A DNA stretch of 64,000 nt from a virus, in IMG/VR virus record IMGVR_UViG_3300045988_059940, positions 32,001-96,000 of that record; one strand, 5' to 3'. The position numbers and the translations under genes are program-made. The notes under the pieces were generated by a model. That model had not been told where the DNA came from. It did not search any database and worked only from the letters and a program-made list of their open reading frames with translations. Below, in pieces: positions 49,092 through 57,739 of the stretch (within the stretch, counting starts at the first letter, position 1; each line of letters opens with the position of its first letter).

Positions 49092-50501
49092 ATGAGTAAG
49101 AAACAAAAGAAGGCTAACAGCCAAAAGGTAGTAAACAAAGTAGAAAAGAAGGTAGAGATGAAAATCGTACCTCCTGCACCTGAAACTAAAGAAGAAACCA
49201 AGGTTGAAGAAGCTAAGGTTAAAGAGGTTAAACCTGTAATCAATGTTATCGACACGGGTCAGCTGAAAGAGAATCTCAACCCTCAAACGTCAGGACTTAG
49301 TCCAGACAAACAAGTTGACCTACTGGCTATGATGGACAGAACGTTCCGTCAAGACAAGAATGCAGCTGTTCGTTATCATATGAGCCAAGAGGCCATCGAT
49401 ATGATTAACGAAGTAAGTGCTATTGGTCAGGTTGCAGTTCTTATGAACGAGGTTGTTAACGGTACGAGCAATTTTGCTGTACGTATGCGTGTTGGTACGC
49501 TTGACAACATTCGTAAGATTGCTCCAATGGTTGGTGTAGAGATTGTTGAAAACGCTCTACCTGCACCAGTTGACGGAGTAGTAGAAGTACAATCGAAAGC
49601 CTTGAAGGTTTCTGAGGAAGCAAAGAAAGCTTTGAAGGCTGAGAAAAAGGCAGTAGAAAGCAAAGTGCTTGACCCGAAGGACATAAAGACGAAAGAAGAG
49701 CTGACAACAGCTTTGTTGCAGTTCCTGTCTAAGCGTAACAATATTCACGAAAACATTCAGCAAGCAATTGCCTTTATGCGTGAATACAAGAACGTAAACG
49801 CAACTGATGAAACTAGGGAGGCTGTAAAACAGCTGACTAGAATCGAGTTGCTCAAAGAAGTTGTAGCAACTGTTGAGGAGGCGCCTATCGTATTGAGCGG
49901 TATTGGCAACTTTCTTTACACTACCACTTCGACTTCGAAATCCCCTATTTCGGCGTTCTGTCATTTTAGGAACACAACCCTCATCAAGGAGACAGGAGAG
50001 CCTACTTTGGATGATGCAGAAGTGGCTGATTATGTCAAGATTCTCGTAACTTGGGCATGCGAAATCAAGAAGAGACAATCCACTGCTGAAATCAAGAAGA
50101 TAGAGGACAATCTCAAAGTTCTCCAAAAGGACAAGAAGAACAACAAGGTTGCTATCGCCGAACAGGAGAAGAAGATTGAGACTCAGAAAAACAATATCGT
50201 ACACTTCGATGGCGTAATTGACTATGTTACGAACGCATCAGAAGAGTTCGTTACAAGGTTGATTCCTGAGTACGAAAAGAAGGAAATGATGTTTGTAAAA
50301 ACATTCAACGTGATTGCAAGCAGCTATTATTCAGACGAAGAAATTAAGCAAGCTAAGCTGGCTTCTTTGAAGAAGAACGTTGAGCAACGCGCTGGTATCA
50401 TTACCAACTTATTCCGTTCACCGCTTTCGCAGATGATTAATTACAGCGAAAGCAACATCACCGAGCTAGAAAAGGTAGAAAATGAACCTGAAAAAAACTA
50501 G
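49092..50501 (+). CDS. large charged hypothetical protein (469 aa)
   Basis: It is GC-richer, has a K/E-rich N-terminus and is preceded by the ATTATCAAA motif. It ends in TAG, followed by the hairpin CGACCGAT...ATCGGTCG. Confidence 0.6.
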   Translation: MSKKQKKANSQKVVNKVEKKVEMKIVPPAPETKEETKVEEAKVKEVKPVINVIDTGQLKENLNPQTSGLSPDKQVDLLAMMDRTFRQDKNAAVRYHMSQEAIDMINEVSAIGQVAVLMNEVVNGTSNFAVRMRVGTLDNIRKIAPMVGVEIVENALPAPVDGVVEVQSKALKVSEEAKKALKAEKKAVESKVLDPKDIKTKEELTTALLQFLSKRNNIHENIQQAIAFMREYKNVNATDETREAVKQLTRIELLKEVVATVEEAPIVLSGIGNFLYTTTSTSKSPISAFCHFRNTTLIKETGEPTLDDAEVADYVKILVTWACEIKKRQSTAEIKKIEDNLKVLQKDKKNNKVAIAEQEKKIETQKNNIVHFDGVIDYVTNASEEFVTRLIPEYEKKEMMFVKTFNVIASSYYSDEEIKQAKLASLKKNVEQRAGIITNLFRSPLSQMINYSESNITELEKVENEPEKN

Positions 50502-50577
50502 TTCCGACCGATGAGCCAAAAACGTTTATCGGTCGAATAAGAGAAGTGTGGAATAAACTCACCAAATTATCAAAATT

Positions 50578-50982
50578 ATGAAACGCTTTACAACTATCAT
50601 TTGTAGTATAGCATTTGCCGTATTTGGCGTATGTATTGCAACAGATAAGATAGAGGTAGCTACGCAAGAACAAAACGTAGCTTATGCACAGCCGATACCG
50701 AACTTCGATTTGGCAAAAGTGCAAGTACCAAAAGACATCCAAATGAGTCTTTATGCAAAGCAGCTGGAATCTGAGAAAGCTACATCTCAGAAAGTGCCAG
50801 AGGTAACTATCGTAGCATCGAAGCGCGTTAAGGAGCGCGTTAGAGTAGTTCACAAGACTTCGTATGTTCCTGTGCTCTACATAGCAACTCCTAAAAAAGA
50901 ATCTTCCAAGTATCAGTATGATGTACAGCGTGCTGATATTCAAGCTCCTCCAATTAAAGGAGAGCCAACGTGGGAAGACTGA
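50578..50982 (+). CDS. secreted/membrane hypothetical protein
   Basis: The signal-like N-terminus is MKRFTTIICSIAFAVFGVCIA. It is preceded by the ATTATCAAAATT motif. Confidence 0.55.
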   Translation: MKRFTTIICSIAFAVFGVCIATDKIEVATQEQNVAYAQPIPNFDLAKVQVPKDIQMSLYAKQLESEKATSQKVPEVTIVASKRVKERVRVVHKTSYVPVLYIATPKKESSKYQYDVQRADIQAPPIKGEPTWED

Positions 50983-50989
50983 TAGTAAG

Positions 50990-53220
50990 ACGATTTAGGT
51001 CTCATTAGCCAATAATCGCTCAAACATCAAAAAATTTACTTGGTCCGAGAATATGTTAACCTTCTCAAAAGGCAAGATGTCCGAAAAAGTGTGGACTATC
51101 AAAAGGTAGGACGAAAGACAAGATTGGTGTGAAAAGCCAACTTGTATAGGGGATAGTGACGCATCAAAACCCCTACACGTGTATAAACCAGTTGCAGTCC
51201 TTTATGCTGAACTAGGATAATCTTATCGTGGTGTACACGTAAGGAACAGCACATAAATCACGGCCTTGAAAAATAGATAACCGTGTAAAAGTTGATGCCG
51301 TATCGTAGACAATGCTTTTAGATACAAATTGTATTGTAACGTAACACGAGTTGAATTTATCAATTAGTCAGGACTATAAAGAGGCGCTCTTGTAGTCTTA
51401 TAGGGGATGGATGTGGATGGTAGTGATGATGAGGTCCAACTCTCATTGATAAAGTATCAGTAAGTCGAGCATAGTGTTCATGAGGTCCAAAGTCATTATG
51501 AAGGTGCGAAAAAATATGTGGAGTAAAACAATATCGTGAGGATAATGCTCACGGGGTGTACCGTAACTATGCCGCCTATGTAAGGCCAGTTCCGTGCAAC
51601 TCGGATGCCTCTCGTCACGCGCGTAGGGGAGTAAGTGGGTAAAACGGCTGATTTATGGTGATGCATGACCGCCAGGCTTTTGTTGTTTATGCGGGATATA
51701 AAAGTGAAACAACCAGGAGAGTGGGGCAGACTCTTAATGCGAAGTAGGGCTAACAAGCTTGAAGGCTACGCGAAACGAGTGCGCGGACAAACACTGATTT
51801 AATATGAATATACCTGGCTAGACGAGGTGAAGATGTAAGTTATTCATATAAGATAGATAGAACTAAAAAGCTACTATCCACTACGATGACAACGTTACAG
51901 TCAAAAAATGTACGCTTGCATACAATCAAGCCGAACCAAATTAGGTTTATCGGTTCCAATGCCATATTGCCAATGGTAGTGAAGACCCATTAACCTTTGA
52001 TGTAATAAATAATCAAGGTGTATCACTATTATAATAATATCATTATATCTCTATTGGAGTAATTAAACCAGTATATATGATGTGCATTATGATATATACA
52101 AACAAACCAGAGATGAAATAAAAACATCACAAATGAGAGTAAATAACATGTTTAACAAAAATAGGTGTCCCCCGATAGGTGCCACTTTCGTTGTAAGAAA
52201 GAGCTGAGTCGGAAGCCTGAGTGCCAACCGTGACTTTGAAAAAATTATACAGAATAAACTATACAATTTCCGTCTAAGTTTGAACCGCCGAACGTGAATA
52301 CATTAATAGGTAACCGTGGACGGTAATTGAAGTAGGACAGCAAATCTTTATAGATTTATAGAGTAGTTATCCATTAATTGATGGGCAGCAACAACCTAAG
52401 TACGTCCTTGCAATAAGGATAGGGAGTTAGTGACTCATTGGTGTACACTGTCTATGTACATTGATAGGGAATGTTGTGGGTGACAAGAAGCGTGGGTAGG
52501 GTTGAAATCCCAAGTATTCGAGCACTTCTCAATGAAAAGCGAGATAAAACAAATGAGGAAGCAAAATCCAAGAGAAGAAACAGCCGTAGCATCCGAGATA
52601 CCCCTTGAAGGCTAGATGGTCCGATAATGAAACGTCGCTATTACGTTATAGTATAGCTGAGAGAGGCCTGGTCGCCACCTCGAATAAGAATTGAAAGCAC
52701 CAGCAACTGAGAAAACTGCAAACAACGATATGACCGATAGTCTTGAAAAAGACAATGTCGCCATACTTTCGGTGTCGTATACTGACAATGGCAAAAGCAC
52801 TACGGGTTAGTGTGGAGAGAATTTTTATTAAGTAAGTAACAATTTTTTCAAAACAATTTTCGTGGGTTAAACTTATAAACAGGGTGTAATGCATTCTGTA
52901 TGAGTTTTTTATTTAAGAATTTAAATTACAAAATACAAGCACTTGAATGTGCATTTTCGGCATTTGAAGTTTCAAGTAAACAAATTTAGGCTAAGCTAAT
53001 CCTACCATTGGATTCCCTTGTATTTGACTTCCATACTACTTGTAGATAGGATATATAATACATGTTTGTTGAAATAGTAAACGACCTCTCATTAGCACGG
53101 TTAAACCGAATCTTATTTTAAACTGAGTGTCGGTGCGTCGAGCCACCGAGCCTGCACCAATTTTTAATTCCGACTAGCGTTTACGTTAGTTAATCAATAA
53201 CAATTTCAAAAAGGTAAACA
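50990..53220. ncRNA. 2.2-kb ORF-free, GC-richer, apparently structured non-coding block
   Basis: All three stop codons are frequent in all six frames. The only track ORFs are short ones on the strand opposite the flanking rightward genes. Many local hairpins and G/C-rich complementary words are visible. See findings. Confidence 0.5.
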
Positions 53221-53223
53221 AAA

Positions 53224-53835
53224 ATGGAAAAAATTAATATTAATGCGCTTGCAAACAATCGCAAGCCACTATCTAACATGGGAGCCCTCTTTGGGTGTCA
53301 ATACTTCAAGGCTGAATTGCGTGAGCATGACACCAATTTCACTAAGCGTGAACTACAAACCAAGCAGAACGGCAACATCGACTTGATGCCTAATAGAACA
53401 ATTCACCGTTATCGTATGACAGACTTTGATGTTGTAAGCATCAACTTCGTAACCAACCCTGATGGCAGCAATTCTGTTATCTTCAACATGGGAACGGACG
53501 ATGAGGTTGTGCTGCCTGTTGATAGCAACATGACACAAGTAGGTGAAGTTAACGAAAACGCACTGAAAGAGTCGTTGCGCGGTGATAACAAGAACGTTAT
53601 CTTCGCAAACCCTGAGAACTTGGCTGCGATGCTCAATCGCATGAACCAAGCAGAAATTAACCGAGCCGAAAGCTTGATTAAAGAGCTAGAAACTGCTATT
53701 AAGCAAGCTCGTCGGGCAATGGACGAAAACCAGAAGAAGGTTGAAACGTACATGTCCCAGATGGTGAACTCTACTCCCGCACCTATGTCGCGAGGAACAG
53801 AGGTTAACATTAACATCAAAACGACTGAGGAGTAA
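53224..53835 (+). CDS. hypothetical protein
   Basis: 203 aa and GC-richer. Confidence 0.55.
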   Translation: MEKININALANNRKPLSNMGALFGCQYFKAELREHDTNFTKRELQTKQNGNIDLMPNRTIHRYRMTDFDVVSINFVTNPDGSNSVIFNMGTDDEVVLPVDSNMTQVGEVNENALKESLRGDNKNVIFANPENLAAMLNRMNQAEINRAESLIKELETAIKQARRAMDENQKKVETYMSQMVNSTPAPMSRGTEVNINIKTTEE

Positions 53836-53840
53836 GACTG

Positions 53841-54428
53841 ATGGAAAAGCTTGTTTCGGAATCGAGCAAGCTGTTAATCCAAGTTTTGATGACTGACCCC
53901 AAAATATCAGAAAAAATACTTGAAAACTCGACGGAGTCTGACAAGTATAAGAATTGTTCTATTCTAGAATCTGGTACCATTGTTCTAGGTAAAACAAACT
54001 GTATTTGGTGGAACAAACTCATCAACTGTCAGGACAAAATCCCATTTGACAGTTTTGCTCTTAAAGTATGGGACGCGCTAGTTGATATGTCTAGCGGTCT
54101 TAACAACAAGGCTATCCTCAACGGTTTATCCTTAGAGATAGTAAAGAAATCCATTCGTAGTAAAGAATACGATTGTGTAGTACGACGTTTGTTTGATTGC
54201 TGGTCACACGTAGCTCAGAAAAGTGCTGGATACCAACAAGGAGAGACCTCTGCGGAGGGTAAAGGCCTGGCGCCCCATCTTCTTGACAATTCATCATTTA
54301 ATGAGAACCGTGAGATTACAATTAACATAAACGGTATAAGAAAGACAATTCCTTTTGTAGATAGTATTGGAGACAAACTCAACATTGAGTTAGAAACAGG
54401 AATAATAGGTTTTCGAAGATTGAATTAG
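53841..54428 (+). CDS. hypothetical protein (ends in TAG)
   Basis: A 195-aa ORF. Confidence 0.5.
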   Translation: MEKLVSESSKLLIQVLMTDPKISEKILENSTESDKYKNCSILESGTIVLGKTNCIWWNKLINCQDKIPFDSFALKVWDALVDMSSGLNNKAILNGLSLEIVKKSIRSKEYDCVVRRLFDCWSHVAQKSAGYQQGETSAEGKGLAPHLLDNSSFNENREITININGIRKTIPFVDSIGDKLNIELETGIIGFRRLN

Positions 54429-54722
54429 CACTCACTGCGGTCAGGGGTGTATGTGAATTGTACCGAAGGTTAAGCTGCACTCAGCTAACAATTAACGAAT
54501 ATCGAACTTCTTATTTCGCCAATTAAGAGTTTTATCCAAAACAAAACATTATATTAGTTATTCCATTCTCTGCGGAGAAAGGGGGGGATTACTCCTGCGG
54601 AAAGTGCCTCCCCGCGGAACAACTTTTATTATGTATAGGTGCGACTCCTATAAAGGAACAAGGTAAAGCGGTTTTCAAATTCATGCATTATTTTAAGTTT
54701 AACATCAAAAAATTATTAAATC

Positions 54723-55271
54723 ATGAATAAGAACATCAATTTGAACTCTGCAAACATTATTAACATTCGTAAAGAACTAGACACTAATATTGCAAAGTAT
54801 TGGAAGATTATCCGTACTGAAAACGTAATCTCGAAGAAGGCTAAGGCCTCAGGTCTAGGTTCTGGTTATGACCTAAAAGCTCTATATAATGAAATAACAC
54901 AAATGGCTGAAAAGCGTATCATTGTTAAGGCGATGTTGAATTACCTTAATAGCGGCATTACGACTTTCGACTATGAAGAGTTTAAGAAGACCAACAATTA
55001 TAGCATTTTTGCCGCTGGTGAAGCGAAAGAAGCTATTGCTCAGTTGAAGATGATTTCAACAATTAACCCCTCAGAGAAGGCTAAAAAGGGCAAAAACGGT
55101 CTTTCTAAGACTGAAACGTTTACTTCTGCAAAGATTGCTCAGCTTATCAAAGAACAACAGATGTTGGCTAATAAGTTTGATGCAAATCTAAAAGAATTTA
55201 ACGATAATACATCAATCGAGCTAAAAGACGATTATATTGCTGATAAATTTAAGATTTACGCAATTTTATAA
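54723..55271 (+). CDS. hypothetical protein
   Basis: A 182-aa ORF. Confidence 0.55.
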   Translation: MNKNINLNSANIINIRKELDTNIAKYWKIIRTENVISKKAKASGLGSGYDLKALYNEITQMAEKRIIVKAMLNYLNSGITTFDYEEFKKTNNYSIFAAGEAKEAIAQLKMISTINPSEKAKKGKNGLSKTETFTSAKIAQLIKEQQMLANKFDANLKEFNDNTSIELKDDYIADKFKIYAIL

Positions 55272-55461
55272 TACAAACTATGAAAAAACTTATGGTTTTC
55301 GGGCCAGCTTTATGCGACAGTTCGACTCTGTCTAAGTTTACAACGCGTTTAAGGCTATTTTAAGCGCTTCTATGCCACTCAAATTTATTTTTGGACTAAT
55401 CTATTGATTTGTTGATTTGAGTGTCTTAAAACGAAAATAAACAGTATAACACATTATCAAA

Positions 55462-56316
55462 ATGAAAAACGAAATGCAACCAAAAGGGTATAGTTTCCTC
55501 GTTAACTATAAAAACATTAAGAAAAAACGAGAAGAGTTTCTTAAAAAAAGTTTCAGTGGTATATGTAGATTTTATTCTAAGCAAAGTCAGAAAAGACAAT
55601 TTGTTAGAACAAGAAAAACTCCTTGGTACATGCTTACCTGTGGAAAACAATACAACTACGAAGAACGAAAATTTCCAGGAGGTGCACATACGGGCTATTT
55701 TAGAGTAGATTCAGAGATGAAAGAACTTGCGAAAAAGAACGGTATCTTACGGGGGGTAAGGGGGGAGTGTAAACTAGAACTTTATACTAAACACAAGCTA
55801 AACAAATGGATTAAACGTAATCCTAAGCCGTGTGATGATAGAGATTTATTTGCACAACAATACTTACCAGAATGGGAAAATCGTAAAAAAGAAGCTGAAA
55901 CACAAATACAAAATCATCTAAGTTTTTTATACAAAAAAGAATTTAGATTTGATTCAAAATTAGCAGCTATACTATATACTAAACGAGATATATATAGATA
56001 TGGACGCTATACACTACGAACATATACTAATATAGTATATCAACACGAATATTGTAGAGGAAACGATATAGTATATGTTTGTGATATTAAACCAAACGAA
56101 CTAGTTACAGTAAATCGAATTATCAAAGAGCTTAAAGAAATGCTTTTGGGATTGGAAAAAATTAACAAGCCGTTGCGAATAATATTTCAACAAAACGGCA
56201 TTAATATTATTGTAAACAAAGATAGAACAACCAAGTGTTGTGTAAAAGGAGTACGAACCAAAAAGTTCGGAAACAAAAACTATAACAAACATTATGATGT
56301 TTGGAAAAACAAATAA
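55462..56316 (+). CDS. basic hypothetical protein
   Basis: 284 aa. It is preceded by the ATTATCAAA motif and contains the GGGGGGTAAGGGGGG word. Confidence 0.55.
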   Translation: MKNEMQPKGYSFLVNYKNIKKKREEFLKKSFSGICRFYSKQSQKRQFVRTRKTPWYMLTCGKQYNYEERKFPGGAHTGYFRVDSEMKELAKKNGILRGVRGECKLELYTKHKLNKWIKRNPKPCDDRDLFAQQYLPEWENRKKEAETQIQNHLSFLYKKEFRFDSKLAAILYTKRDIYRYGRYTLRTYTNIVYQHEYCRGNDIVYVCDIKPNELVTVNRIIKELKEMLLGLEKINKPLRIIFQQNGINIIVNKDRTTKCCVKGVRTKKFGNKNYNKHYDVWKNK

Positions 56317-56580
56317 ACAACAAGGATGGGTAAATATACGCTGGTAATGGTCTACATCAGCCTTAAAGTACACGTGAAACCTAAGTAGCGATACGTAACA
56401 ATTCTTTAAGTAAACTTATCATAAACTTATAGATACGTAAAGTGAATTGACCATCGAATGATTAGCGTGTGAAGCAAGTACAAGTTCCGTAATAAGTACG
56501 GTAGGCAAGTTCTATGTACTGTTTTGCTAGATGCTTATGAAAGTATATTTGTTGTTTGGCTCTTCGACGGAAGAGCATTT

Positions 56581-56667
56581 GGAGAAGTGGCAGAGTGGTT
56601 AAATGCAACGGTCTTGAAAACCGTCGGTCGGTAATACGGCTCGTAGGTTCGAATCCTACCTTCTCCG
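56581..56667 (+). tRNA. tRNA-Ser (UGA), class II
   Basis: The acceptor is GGAGAAG/CUUCUCC with G73. The anticodon stem ACGGU/ACCGU closes the loop CUUGAAA. A long variable arm is present. The T arm is GUAGG-UUCGAAU-CCUAC. Confidence 0.85.
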
Positions 56668-56721
56668 CGCAGAGAGACATAAGTCTCAATGTAACATTTA
56701 ATAAATTCAAACAACAAAAAG

Positions 56722-57048
56722 ATGAAAAAAATCAATTTTGTAAAAGTGTTTGTTCTAGGTATGTTAGCATCCATTGTGGTCTACATTACAGGAGTAGCTG
56801 TGTACAACTATGGTTCTGTTCTTCAACAGGACAGTCCAGAGGTTAAACAAGTAATAACGAAGGTTGATAGTCTTCCAGCGAAGAATATCAGAATAACAGA
56901 CCTTCGTGAAGTACTCGACTCAACTGGTGAGTACAAACCAGTACAATTGCTCTACTATGACACAGACAGCACAAAGAGAATTATTCAATTAAATGTTGAA
57001 AAGAAGTGGTGGAAGTACCACGTCAAAGACTATGTGGTAAAACACTAA
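56722..57048 (+). CDS. membrane-anchored hypothetical protein
   Basis: The N-terminal TM segment is VKVFVLGMLASIVVYITGVAVY. Confidence 0.5.
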   Translation: MKKINFVKVFVLGMLASIVVYITGVAVYNYGSVLQQDSPEVKQVITKVDSLPAKNIRITDLREVLDSTGEYKPVQLLYYDTDSTKRIIQLNVEKKWWKYHVKDYVVKH

Positions 57049-57199
57049 GTCTTAGTTTATAACAATTTGAGCGTGGGAGCGCACACCACCTGAGGGGTAT
57101 AGGAGCTGTAATAAATCATTTACAGACCACCTTGGTAGTTTACATGCGGTAAGAACTGGATTGTTATATTTTATTTAATTAATTATAAAATCAATTTAT

Positions 57200-57442
57200 A
57201 TGAAGATTAGAATTGTAAAAAAGTTTTTAAAATACACCATTGAAGAAGAAGGATTTCCGTTTTCAGAATGGAGAAAATTTAGAAAGCCGTTTTCAAACAA
57301 CACATTTGAAAAAGAAGAATGGTATGAAGTGTTATTATTTGCATTAGAAGACGACTGGGTTTTCTTACCGAAAAAACTGAAAGGATATATGATGGCATAT
57401 ATAAAATGGTTTGAAAAAAGACATTCTAATTACTTTATGTAA
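57200..57442 (+). CDS. hypothetical protein
   Basis: An 80-aa ORF. Confidence 0.45.
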   Translation: MKIRIVKKFLKYTIEEEGFPFSEWRKFRKPFSNNTFEKEEWYEVLLFALEDDWVFLPKKLKGYMMAYIKWFEKRHSNYFM

Positions 57443-57447
57443 TGTGA

Positions 57448-57532
57448 GGAAGATTGGGTGAGTGGCTTAAACCAGCAGTTTGCTAAACTGTCAGTCAGAA
57501 ATGGCTCAGAGGTTCGAATCCTCTATCTTCCG
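57448..57532 (+). tRNA. tRNA-Ser (GCU), class II
   Basis: The acceptor is GGAAGAU/AUCUUCC with G73. The anticodon stem GCAGU/ACUGU closes the loop UUGCUAA. A long variable arm is present. The T arm is AGAGG-UUCGAAU-CCUCU. Confidence 0.85.
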
Positions 57533-57555
57533 CATAATTACAACAATAGGCCTGC

Positions 57556-57643
57556 GGTTCCATATGTCAGAAGATTGGTAAACTGACCAGTAATTTTACT
57601 GAACGATATATCGTTATAGCGAGTTCGATTCTTTCTGGAACTG
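57556..57643 (+). ncRNA. degenerate class II tRNA-like element
   Basis: The acceptor is GGUUCCA/UGGAACU and the D arm is UCAG/CUGA with GG in its loop. The variable-arm hairpin is AACGAU-AU-AUCGUU. The T loop is UUCGAUU with an imperfect stem. The anticodon hairpin CAGUA-AUUU-UACUG has only a 4-6 nt loop. Confidence 0.35.
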
Positions 57644-57739
57644 AGACTGTGCCGAACGTGATGTAACTGCAAAAACTACGTAGAGTAGAAAGGCTATCAC
57701 GGTTGTTGTAATTACCTTATAATTTAGACTCTTGAAGCA

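Noticed and set aside
51503-51510. A group II intron 5' end (GTGCG) within the 2.2-kb block.
   Set aside because: I could find no domain V-like hairpin, no matching 3' end and no reverse-transcriptase ORF. A 5-nt match has no weight on its own.
52165-52260. A cobalamin-riboswitch-like word (GGTGCCACT...GCCTGAGTGCCAACCGTG).
   Set aside because: Only a loose resemblance to the B12 box is present. The rest of the consensus architecture could not be traced by eye.
50990-53220. Hidden protein-coding genes in the long ORF-free blocks under an alternative code. The same question applies to 37210-38358, 38950-40410 and 46580-47018.
   Set aside because: TAA, TGA and TAG all occur frequently in every frame on both strands. 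Reassigning any single stop codon does not open a long frame.
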